Shown in pieces: positions 1-9,167 of a stretch of DNA of 64,000 nucleotides. Source of the DNA: an uncultured Alphaproteobacteria bacterium. Its GTDB lineage: Bacteria; Pseudomonadota; Alphaproteobacteria; Rhizobiales; Hyphomicrobiaceae. Every line of letters begins with the position of its first letter. Positions within the stretch are counted from its first letter, which is position 1. The position numbers and the translations under genes are program-made. Location of the stretch: the NCBI GenBank assembly GCA_963782855.1, contig CAWALW010000017.1:9823-73822 (forward strand), written 5' to 3'. The notes beneath the pieces are model-generated. The model saw nothing but the letters and a program-made list of their open reading frames with translations, did not search any database and was not told the origin of the DNA.

Positions 1-696
1 CGCGTCCAGCTCGACCAGGGCGCGCTCGCCTCCGTCACCGAGCTCGCCCTGCTCGGCGGCGCCAACACCGCCGCCATCCAGAACGCCGACGGCGAGTGGG
101 AGGTGCTGCAGTTCCAGTCGGCCGTCGCTCACCGCGCCCGCCACCTACAGCTCTCCGGTCTCCTGCGCGGCCAGGCCGGCACCGAGCACGCCATGCGCGC
201 GCCCCTCGCCGCCGGCGCCCGCTTCGTCCTGCTCGACGGCGCCCTCACGCACGTCGACATGACGCCGGACGAGATCGGCCTCGCCTACACCTGGAAGTGC
301 GGCCCCGCCAGCCGCGACCTCGGCATCCCGCACTACCTCGACGTCGATGCACACCTTCACCGGCCGACGGCCTCGAAGCCGCTGAGCCCCGTGCACGTGC
401 GCGGCACCCGCTCCGGCGGCGACCTCGCCATCACCTGGGTCCGCCGCACCCGCATCGGCGGCGACAGCTGGGACGCCGTCGAGGTGCCGCTCGGCGAGGA
501 CGACGGAGCGCTACGAGATCGACATCCTCGACGGCCCCAACGTCAAGCGCACCCTCACCACCACCTCCCCGCCGCCACCTACACCGCCGCCGACCAGACC
601 GCCGACTTCGGCGCCCCGCAGTCCTCCATCTCCCTGCGCGTCTACCAGCTCAGCACCACCCGCGGCCGCGGCACCCCCCGCGCGGCCGTGCTGTAA
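1..696 (+). pseudogene. GTA-type host-specificity/tail protein (RcGTA g15-like), C-terminal part; runs off the 5' edge
   Basis: Frame-1 translation GEWEVLQFQSA...LSGLLRGQAGTEHAM...GARFVLLDGAL...YTWKCGPASRD...PLSPVHVRGTRSGGDLAITWVRRTRIGGDSWD resembles, from memory, the conserved C-terminus of alphaproteobacterial GTA g15 proteins. The expected ERYEIDILDGPNVKRTLTTTSP segment lies in another frame (about 505-580), which indicates a compensated frameshift pair. Stop TAA at 694-696. Confidence 0.6.
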
Positions 697-697
697 C

Positions 698-760
698 TGT
701 CATCCCGGAATGGCTTTCCCGCTCTCCCCGTCTTACGGGGAGAGGGTCGGGTGAGGGGCG
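698..760. repeat. REP-like GC-rich palindromic intergenic element
   Basis: Reads GTCATCCCGGAA..., then hairpin CTCTCCCCG-tctta-CGGGGAGAG, then GGTCGGGTGAGGGG. The same hairpin-plus-G-rich-tail architecture recurs at 10816-10916. Confidence 0.5.
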
Positions 761-881
761 GCCAGATCGCGGTGACCTAGCCGCCGCTCACTCGACCCAC
801 TCCGCTGAGCACGGCGAAGCACTGAGCCTGCGTTTGCAAGCTCCCGTCATCCCAACTCACTCACTCAACACCCACCACCCC

Positions 882-1316
882 ATGCCCCAACCCCGCTGGC
901 TCGAGCTGGCCTGGGGCGATCTCGGCGTGGCCGAGACCCCCGGCGCCGCAACACACCGACGCGTCGTGCGCTACTACGCCGACGTCGGCCACCCGCAGGT
1001 CAGCGACGACGAGGTCGCCTGGTGCGCGGCCTTCGTCGGCGCCTGCCTGGAGCGCGCCGGCATCGCCAGCACGCGCTCGCTGATGGCGCGCTCCTATCTC
1101 GACTGGGGCGAGCCGCGCCGACGAGCCGCGCCACCGGCGCCATCGCCGTCCTCAGCCGCGGCTCCGATCCCGCGCCTCGGCCACGTCGGCTTCCTCGTCG
1201 GCAGCACCGCAACCGACATCATCCTGCTCGGCGGCAACCAGGGCGATGCCGTCACCGTGCAGGCCTTCCCGCGCTCCCGCCTCCTCGGCCTGCGCTGGCC
1301 CGCGAGCAGCGACGCG
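882..1316 (+). pseudogene. TIGR02594-family phage-associated cell-wall hydrolase (CHAP/NlpC-P60-like)
   Basis: MPQPRWLELAWGDLGVAETPG...VVRYYADVGHP...DDEVAWCAAFVGACLERAG...SYLDWGEP, then GAIAVLSRGSDP in another frame, then back to LGHVGFLVG...LLGGNQGDAVTV...LLGLRWP. This is a compensated frameshift pair near 1110-1180. The 3' end is approximate because no in-frame stop survives. Confidence 0.6.
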
Positions 1317-1326
1317 CCGCCCCACC

Positions 1327-1367
1327 TGTCATCCCGGAAGTCGCGCCCCGCGACGCTATCCGGGACC
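1327..1367. repeat. REP-like palindromic element (GTCATCCCGGA...TCCGGGAC type)
   Basis: Nested inverted repeats TCCCGG(1333-1338)/CCGGGA(1360-1365) and GTCGCG(1340-1345)/CGCGAC(1349-1354). It sits between the two hydrolase domains or genes. The GTCATCCCGGAA head also occurs at 698. Confidence 0.45.
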
Positions 1368-1374
1368 CAGCGCC

Positions 1375-1960
1375 ACCGACGACCGCTCTTCGAGCGCGCG
1401 CTCGCCCACGTGCTCGAGATGGAAGGCGGCTACGACGACGACCCCTACGATCCCGGCGGCCCCACCAACCTCGGCATCACGCTCGCCGACTTCGCCGCGC
1501 GACAAGGGCGTCGAGCGTCACCGCCGACAACTTCGCCGCGCTCAAGGCCGAGCTGAAAGCGATCCCGCCCGCCACCGTGCGCCGCATCTACCACGACCGC
1601 TACTGGCTCGCCGGCCGCCTGCCCGCAGCTGCCGCCGCGCGCTCGCCTTCTTCCACTTCGACGCCGCCGTCAACCAGGGCGTCGCCGGCGCCGCGCGCAT
1701 GCTGCAGCAGAGCCGTCGGCGCCGACGATCGACGGCGAGATCGGCCCCGTGACGCTCGGCCGCGGTCGCCGCGCCATCCCGTCGCCGCAGACGCTCGCGC
1801 TCTACGCCGAGGTCCGCCGCCAGCACTACCGCGCGCTCGCCCACCTTCTGGCGCTTCGGCAAAGGCTGGCTCGCGCGCGTCGACGCCACGCTGGCGCTCG
1901 CCCCGGCCATCGATCGCCGTCACTGCCGCCGCCTCGCACCCCTCGCAACCAAAGGAGAAG
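1375..1960 (+). pseudogene. Glycoside hydrolase family 108 muramidase with PG_binding_3-like C-terminus (endolysin-like)
   Basis: LFERALAHVLEMEGGYDDDPYDPGGPTNLGITLADF is the GH108 signature. It continues across at least 3 frames as VTADNFAALKAELKAIPPATVRRIYHDRYW, FHFDAAVNQGVAGAARMLQQ, and FWRFGKGWLARVDATLAL. Start and end are approximate. Confidence 0.6.
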
Positions 1961-1966
1961 CACCGC

Positions 1967-2247
1967 ATGGCCACCGACACCGCAGCCCGCCACGCCAGTC
2001 CGCCGCCCCCGACACCAAGTGGTGGGGCCACTCGATGACCATCTGGGGCATCATCATCACCACGCTGTCGACCGTGCTGCCGACGCTCGGCCCGCTGCTC
2101 GGCCTCAACATCACGGCCGAGCTGGTCCACCAGCTCGGCGACCAGGTCGTCGTCGTCGTGCAGGCGCTCGGCGGCGCTCGTCGGCACCGTCCTGACCATC
2201 TACGGCCGCGTGCGCGCCGCAACCGCCGCTGGAGCGCCACGCAAATA
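1967..2247 (+). pseudogene. Small two-TM membrane protein, holin-like
   Basis: Strong SD AAGGAG (1952-1957) before ATG 1967. Hydrophobic segments IWGIIITTLSTVLPTLGPLLG and VVVVVQALGG/LVGTVLTIYG are split over frames. It sits directly after the GH108 gene. Confidence 0.4.
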
Positions 2248-2373
2248 ACCCTGAATGCGATCGCTTTCCCTGGTGCCTGCAGACGCTAGCCGAGCTGGCC
2301 GGCGCCGCCTGTATAGTTGCCGGTTGTTGGCCTCACCGATCTCGTTCGGCCCGCGCCAGCGGAAGGGAAGGCC

Positions 2374-3039
2374 TTGCGCGTTCTGGTCGTCGAGGATGAT
2401 CGCGATCTCAATCGCCAGCTGGTCTCGGCGCTGACCGATGCCGGCTACGCCGTCGATGCCGCCTTCGACGGCGAGGAGGGCTTCTTCCTCGGCGAGACCG
2501 AGCCCTACGACGTCGTCATCCTCGACACCGGCCTGCCCAAGATGGACGGCATCAGCGTGCTCGAGCAGTGGCGCCGCGCCGAGCGCAAGATGCCGGTCAT
2601 CATCCTCACCGCGCGCGACCGCTGGAGCGACAAGGTGGCCGGCATGGATGCCGGCGCCGACGACTACGTCGCCAAGCCCTTCCACATGGAGGAGCTGCTG
2701 GCCCGCATCCGCGCCCAGGTGCGGCGCGCCTCCGGCCACGCCAGGAGCGACATCGAGTGCGGGCCGCTGCGCCTCGACACCAAGACCGCGCGCGTCACCC
2801 TCGACGGGCCAGCCCATCAAGCTCACCTCGCACGAGTACCGCCTGCTCGCCTACCTGATGCACCACAACGAGCGCGTGGTGTCGCGCACCGAGCTGGTCG
2901 AGCACCTCTACGAGCAGGACTTCGATCGCGACTCCAACACCATCGAGGTGTTCATCGGCCGGCTGCGCAAGAAGATCCCGCCCGACATGATCAAGACCAT
3001 CCGCGGCCTCGGCTACCGGCTGTCGCGGGAGGGCGATGA
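2374..3039 (+). pseudogene. OmpR-family response regulator (FeuP-like by synteny with cycHJKL)
   Basis: (L)RVLVVEDDRDLNRQLVSALTDAGYAVDAAFDGEEG...DVVILDTGLPKMDG...VIILTARDRWSDKVAGMDAGADDYVAKPF. The winged-helix part GQPIKLTSHEYRLLAYLMHHNERVVSRTELVEHLY...RGLGYRL is in another frame (shift near 2805, and back before the TGA at 3037). TTG start follows SD GGAAGG. Confidence 0.75.
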
Positions 3040-4441
3040 AACTAACTCGCTCGCGTTCCGGCTCTTCGTCACCGCGGCCGCATGGGTGCTGCTGGTCCTG
3101 CCGATCGCCGGCGCGATCATCTATTCGCTGCTACGCGCACGAGGTCGAGACCAGCTTCGACTCGGCGCATCGCCTGCTTCCTCACCGTCGTCCTCACCGA
3201 CGCCATCGATCAGCCGAGGACCGAGCCCGGCGCGCCCAAGGACGTCGGCGAGCCGCTGTTCGAGATCACGCATTCGGGCTGGTACTGGCAGATCAAGCCG
3301 CTCGACGGCAAGCCGCGGCACCAGTCGCTGCGCTCGCCGCTCGCTCGCCGGCGCCGCACCTGCCGCTGCCCAGCGAGCTCAACGTCGAGCCCAACGAGCA
3401 GCGAGATGCGCTGGGCCAACCTCGAGGGCCGCTGCGCAGCAGATGGTGCGCGTCGCCGAGACCAGTCTACGTGTTCGGCGAAGGCAAGAAGGCGCAGCGC
3501 TACTCGGTCACCGTCGCCGGCAAGCTGGGCGAGATCGAGGACGAGCCTCGCCGCCTTCCGCACGCAGCTCGTCCTGGCGCTGGCGCTCGCCGGCGTCGGC
3601 CTGCTCGCCGTCACGCTGTTCCAGATCCGCTTCGGCCTGTTCCCCCTGCCAAGGTCGAGCAGGGCCTCGCCGCCATCCGCTCCGGGCGAGGCGACGCGGC
3701 TCGATGGCGACCTGCCGCACGAGATCGAGCCGCTGCAGCAGGAGCTCAACGCGCTCCTCAAGTCCAACCAGGAGATCGTCGAGCGCGCGCGCACGCACGT
3801 CGGCAACCTCGCGCACGCGCTGAAGACGCCGCTCGCCGTCATCATCAACGAGGCGCGCGACGATCCGTCCCCCTTCGCCCGCAAGGTCATCGAGCAGGCC
3901 GAGCTGATGACCACCCAGGTCAACCTCTACCTCGATCGCGCCCGCATGGCCGCCCGCATCGGCGTCATCGGCCGCGTCACCGAGGTGCGCCCGGTCGGCG
4001 AATCCATCATCCGCGCGCTGGAGCGCATCTATCGCGACCGCCACCTCGACCTTCACCATCGACTGCCCCGCCGGCGCCCGCTTCCAGGGCGAGCGCCAGG
4101 ACCTCGAGGAGATGCTGGGCAACCTGCTCGACAACGCCGTCCAAGTGGGCGCATCGCGCGTGAACCGGTCGCTGCTCCGCAAGCTCGACGCGCAGCAACG
4201 GCGCCGCCGGCAACTGGCTCGAGATCCGCGTCGACGACGACGGCCCCGGCCTCACGCCGAGCAGCAGATGGCGCGAGCCCATCGCTGCGCGGCCGGCGCC
4301 TCGACGAGACCAAGCCCGGCTCCGGCCTCGGCCACTCCATCGTCGCCGACCTCGCCCATGCCTACAGCGGCAAGTTCGAGCTCAGCCCCTCCGACCTCGG
4401 CGGCCTCTCCGCCCGCCTCACCCTGCCGCTCGCCGCACTAG
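3036..4441 (+). pseudogene. Sensor histidine kinase (FeuQ/PhoQ-like), multiply frameshifted
   Basis: ATGA overlap with the regulator gene. TM segment LAFRLFVTAAAWVLLVLPIAGAIIY. H-box THVGNLAHALKTPLAVI. N-box EEMLGNLLDNA. G2 box KPGSGLGHSIVADLAHAYSG. The pieces are distributed over three frames with at least 6 shifts. The 3' end is uncertain. Confidence 0.7.
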
Positions 4442-4683
4442 ACTCCCCTCACATTCCCTTCAACACGGACGATGCGCTTACGCATCGCCTTGCCGGAGCG
4501 AACTCGCGGGCGGTCCGGCTTTACGCCACCGGCAGCGTCAAGCTTCCAAGCCACGTCCGCCACCCGATGTGCACAAACCGGCGCCAGGAGCCGTACTTCC
4601 GCCCGAATCGGGGCAATACCAGGGGCTTGTGATTGACGCTGCGCCTGCGCCGCAGGCACGGCGGGTTCGCACGGGGAGGTTTC

Positions 4684-5136
4684 ATGAAGAAGTTCTGCTG
4701 GTGGCGGCGCTCGCCGCGTCGGTGGCGCTCGCCGCCTGCGAGACGCAACCAGGATACCGGCACGCTTGTCGGCGCCGTCGCCGGCGGCATCATCGGCAAC
4801 CAGTTCGGCAAGGGCGGCGGCAGAGTCGCCGCCACGCTGGCCGGCGCCGTCGTCGGCGGCATCGTCGGCAACGAGATCGGCCGCTCGCTCGATGCGCGCG
4901 ATCGCGAGCTCGCGCGCGAGGCCGAGTACGACGCCTGGGAACATGGCGAGCCGAACCAGCCGCGCCGCTGGCGCAATCCCGACAACGGCCGCTACGGCGA
5001 GGTGATCCCCGACCGCCGCTACCGCCGCGGCGCGCAGGACTGCCGCGACTTCGAGCACAGGGTCTACATCGACGGCCGCCCGCAAACCATGCGCGGCACC
5101 GCCTGCCGCAATCCCGACGGCACCTGGACCAAGTAG
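4684..5136 (+). pseudogene. Glycine-zipper (17-kDa surface antigen / Rick_17kDa_Anti-type) lipoprotein
   Basis: MKK then, in another frame, VLLVAALAASVALAAC (lipobox LAAC), then back to GTLVGAVAGGIIGNQFGKGGGRVAATLAGAVVGGIVGNEIG...DCRDFEHRVYIDGRPQTMRGTACRNPDGTWTK. This is a compensated indel pair at about 4693 and 4750. Confidence 0.7.
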
Positions 5137-5168
5137 CTGATCGGCGACGCCATCATCGCATAGACAAA

Positions 5169-5195
5169 CGCCCCGGCTCCGGCCGGGGCGTTTTT
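5169..5195 (+). terminator. Rho-independent terminator after the lipoprotein gene
   Basis: CGCCCCGG-ctcc/gg-CCGGGGCG stem followed by TTTTT (5191-5195), 33 nt after the stop codon. Confidence 0.7.
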
Positions 5196-5368
5196 GCATT
5201 TCAGTATCGATCACTCATCTACCCGCCGAAGATGCCCTTCAAGAACTGCGCCGTGCTGTTGCGCTTCTTCTTGCGGTCGAGTTCGGCCTGATCCTTCACC
5301 CAGGCGATCTGAATGACTTTGCGCTCGCCGGCGACGGCCTAGTCCGCACACATCTGCGTAGTTTGCCA

Positions 5369-5398
5369 GCGCCCCGGCTTCGGCCGGGGCGCTTTTTT
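5369..5398 (+). terminator. Second, near-identical GC hairpin plus T6 with plus-strand polarity; no obvious plus-strand gene upstream
   Basis: GCGCCCCGGC-ttcg-GCCGGGGCGC is a perfect 10-bp stem followed by TTTTTT (5393-5398). It lies 18 nt downstream of the minus-strand glucan synthase stop, but the U-tract is on the wrong strand for that gene. Confidence 0.45.
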
Positions 5399-5415
5399 GC
5401 GCCTGACGCACCGGC

Positions 5416-7384
5416 TCAGCGCATCACGCGCCCGAACACCGCCGCGGCCACGTGCGATGGCCTGATGCGCTTGATGGAGGCCGAATAGCGGCCCGAGTAG
5501 ATCAGCTTGATCAGGTCCGTGCGCAGTTCGCCGTCGTCGTGGAACCGAACGGCGAAATCGCTGTCTCCCTGCCGCAGGACCGTCGCGGGCACGCGCAGGC
5601 CGTCCAGCGCAACCAGCACCTCGCTCCCCGGCTCTGCTGCAACGGTGCCCTGCAGCCTTGCGCCGCCGAGTGAAACGTCGAGCACCCGATGCGGCGTCGT
5701 CGCCTCGCCGGTCTGCACCAGCGCGTCGTCCGTTGCCGCCAGCCGCTCGGCTGAGCGATAGCGCGGCTGCTCGATGCACACGAGGCACGCCATGGTCAGC
5801 ACGATCATATTGTACCAGCTCCAGAACAGGCACAGCGCGCTGGAGTCCCGCAGCTTGGTGCCGTCCTCCAGCAGGAACGCCCAGATCACGCCGACGATCG
5901 TCAGCCCGAGATAGATCAGGAACATGTTCAGCAGCCGCCACTGCACGAAGCGCTTGCTGCGGTCGCCGCCCTTGGCGGTCACCTTGAACTTCTGTCCCTT
6001 GGGCTTGAACAGCCCGTGCACAACCGCCTGCAGGATCTGCGAGGCGGCCAGCAGCTGCGTCACGTCCGTCATGATCGGCATCACGCGGCTCTGCGCCATC
6101 CAGGCGGTCGCGATCGCCGAGCCGATGAAGTGCGGCACGTAGTAGGACAGCGTCGTGATCACGTCCGCCTGCACCGCGCTGACGTTGAGCAGCAGGTAGA
6201 GGATCGGCACGATGATGCCGGCCATCCGGAACCCATAGCTGCCGAACCAATAGAGGAACGCTTCGATGAGGCTGACGCGGTCGATGATGCTCAGCCCGTT
6301 GCCGCGCCGCAGCGGTCCCAGCGGCCCGCGGAAGATCTGCATGAAACCCAGCGCCCAGCGGCTGCGCTGCGTGATGTATTCCTTCAGGCCTTCCGGCGCG
6401 AGGCCGAGCGACAGCCGCTCGTTGAGATAGACCGTGCGGTAGCCCGCCTGCTTCAATTTCAGCGTGACGCAGTAGTCCTCCGTCACCGAATCCGTCGGGA
6501 AGCCACCCAGCTTCTGCAGCTCCGAGAACCGGATCACCGAGGACGTCCCGCAGCAGAACGCCGCGCCCCACGCGTCCTTCGACGCCAGCACCACATCGAA
6601 GAAATAGCGCTGCTCGTCCGGCCAGACGCCCGCAATCGACAGGTTCGTCTGCAGCGGGTCGGGATTGATGAAGTGCTGCGGCGTCTGCACGATGCCGACA
6701 TCGCCTTCCTTCATCAGGCTCAGCGTGCGCCGCAGGAACTGCGAGGTCGGCACGAAATCCGCGTCGAGGATCGAAATGAAATCCGGCGGCTCAGGCAACG
6801 CCGCCACATGCTTCAGTGCATTGTTGATGTTGCCGGCCTTGGCATGTTCGTTGTCGGCCCGCGTGAGGTAGCCGACGCCCAGCTCTCGCCGACAACTCCT
6901 TCAGCCACGCCCGCCGCCCGTCGTCGAGCACCCACACCCTGAAGCGGCCGTATTCCATCGATGTCGCACCGATGATGGTGCGCTCCAGGATCGCCTCGTC
7001 CTCATTGACGGTGCAGATGAACACGTCGACGAGCGGCAGCGGCTCTTGCGCGTCGAGCCACGGCAGATTCCCCTGAACCTCCGGTGTGCGGTCGCTAGTC
7101 CGCGTCAGTCCGATGAGGCCGATGGTGGTGCCAAGCATCGCCAGCGTCTCCACCACCGCGAAGATGACGCCCACGATCCAGTCGATCGAGAAGCCCATCG
7201 GCGGCAGCGTGTAGAGCCAGCGCCAGATCATGTAGCGCCACATCAGCACGGAGACCACGGCGACCACCGCGATGCGCGCCCGCTCGCTCTTGGGGCTCAT
7301 CCAGGGCAGCGCGATCAGCGCGGCGCCGATGACCAGCAGGCCCGGCGCAAGCGTGTCGAGCAGCAGGGCGACCGTCGGGTTCAT
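5416..7384 (-). pseudogene. Processive family-2 beta-glycosyltransferase (cellulose/curdlan-synthase-like, BgsA-like) with C-terminal PilZ domain
   Basis: Motifs LDADFV, SVTEDY and QRSRW (the D,D,D,QxxRW set), with multiple TM segments. C-terminal RSAER...(21 aa)...DVSLGG matches PilZ RxxxR/DxSxxG at 5419-5763. There is a single 1-nt insertion near 6893 (LSAELGVGYLTRADNEHAKAGNINNAL continues in the other frame). Confidence 0.8.
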
Positions 7385-7400
7385 CGGGCACCAGCCTTCG

Positions 7401-8821
7401 TTATTCGAAGGTCACGCGCCCGGTGCGGCCGACGTCGCACGGACCTGCCCGCGCCATATCCGGCAGGGCGACCGTCACGCGATAAGGCTCCTTCGCCAGC
7501 GCCGCAGGCTGGATCGCGAGGTTCGCCGGTGCCGTCGCCACGCCGGTGAGGCCGATGATGCGGCCTTTGTGATCGACGCTTTCACCGCGCAGCCTGAACC
7601 GCGCGGGGTCGCCGATCTTCAGCCGGTTGTAGGCCGTCTCGCCCACGGTCGCCGTCACCACCAGCCCGGAGCAGTCGAGCAGCCGCACGAGCTCCTGCCC
7701 GCGCACCACCGTCTCGCCCGGTGCCGTCAGCACCTCCCACACGCTGCCGCGCACGGGGGCCGTCAGCTCGGTCGCCGCGAGCGCCTCGTAGCGAAGCGTC
7801 TCCTCCGTCAACTCTGTGCGCAGCGCGGCAAGCCGCACGTCGCGCTCGCGGATATCCGCCGCGACTTCGCTCAGCCGCTGCGAAATCTCGTCCGCGCGCT
7901 GCGAGGAGCGCGGCTGGTCGTTGTAGCTGTCGCCCACGAACACGCCGCGCGTCAGCGCATCCCGCTCCACTTCCACGCCGGCGAGCCGATGGCGCAAAGC
8001 CGCCTCGGCTTCCGTGGTAACCGTCACGTCCCGCCTCACCTTCTCGAAGGCCGCCTTGGTGATCGTCCCGCTCTCCTGCAGAGGCGTCGCACGGCCGAGC
8101 GCCCGCTCGGCTTCCGCCTTGTTGGCGCCGGCACCGGCAACCTCGCTCTTGAGTTCCGCGATGCGCGCATCGAGCTGCCGCTCGCGCGCTTCCTTGAAGG
8201 CCAGCGTCTGTCCCGACAGCTCCGCGTGCAGGGCGCGCAGATCGTCGTTGCGCGTGACCAGCGCTGCCCGCTCGCCTTCGAGCTGGCCGATCAGCCGGCG
8301 CAGGTCGTCGAGGCGCCCGCGTTCGGCGCGGCGGTTGGCGATCTTCACCAGCGGCGCGCCCGGCCCGACCTGCGTGCCGACCACGAGACCGCTCAGGCCG
8401 GCACCGACCTCGCCCTCGATCGGCGCGCGCAGCGTGATGAGCCGCGCATTGATGATGGCCTCCGTGCTGGTCGTCTGCAGCAGCGCGCGCACGGGCAGGT
8501 AGCCGACCGCCGCGATGATCACCGCACCGATCGAAACCTTGATGAGCTTCGTGCGGTTCTTGGCTGCCAGCGCGCGGGCTCTCTCCAGCCACGCGCGCGC
8601 CTGCTCCAGGTTCCAGCTTTCCTTCGGCGCCCGCTTCTCGAAAGCCTCGCGCAGCAGCGCAAAGCGCCCGGCAATGTCGAGCCCGGCGCCGGGCTTCGAG
8701 CTTTTCCTGCTGCGGCGGAACGAACTTTCCGCGCGACCGACAAGGGGATGGCGCCCGCGTGCGCCTCTGGCTCCGGGACGCTGTCTGCGTCCCGAGCCTG
8801 TGATTTCGGTGAGGAGGCCAT
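7401..8821 (-). pseudogene. HlyD-family membrane-fusion protein (BgsB-like partner of the glucan synthase)
   Basis: TM IGAVIIAAVGYLPV. Long coiled-coil (RLDDLRRLIGQLEGERAALV...ELKSEVAGAG...). C-terminal barrel LTAPVRGSVWEVLTAPGETVVRGQELVRLLD. The N-terminal roughly 100 codons need a frame change near 8700-8730 if ATG 8821 is the start. It lies 16 nt upstream of the GT2 gene on the same strand. Confidence 0.7.
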
Positions 8822-9167
8822 GCCAATGCCCGCACTTTCTTCGCGTTCTGCGGCCTCATGCCGAAAAATGGTGGGGACGCAACGCGTTGATTTGTTGATA
8901 GTTCTAGCGGCTCGGCTTTGCGCTACCGTTAACCTGGAGGCGGCGCGGGCACGGTTTCGCCGGCTTTTTGCGCCGCAAAGTCCCGATTTGGCTCACGCGC
9001 TAGGCCGGTGTTGGCCCAAACCATGAAAAAAGTGTTGCCGTGCCCCGGCCTCTTGCTCGGGCAACTCGAAGCGCGGGTGCGCCACGGCCGCACCTTGCCA
9101 CGCCATGGCCGCAGCCCTATGGCAATCCATCGCGCTCGAGCCTCCGACAGCGCGATCGGCCGCCCTG

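Noticed and set aside
96-1556. 486-aa ORF spanning the GTA gene end, REP elements and two hydrolase genes
   Set aside because: It is a mosaic. Arg/Pro/Ala-rich out-of-frame translation of the g15 gene is joined to genuine TIGR02594 and GH108 segments, and it stays open only because stop codons are rare at this GC content.
5211-5411. 66-aa minus-strand ORF MRQAQKSAPAEAG... spanning the second hairpin
   Set aside because: It reads through the terminator hairpin and is Arg/Ala-rich. The more protein-like frame in this interval is the 39-codon one discussed in the findings.
7401-8821. The HlyD-family gene as the missing export partner of the GG-leader peptide
   Set aside because: It is 50 kb away, sits 16 nt upstream of the GT2/PilZ synthase in an apparent operon, and has no adjacent C39-peptidase ABC transporter.
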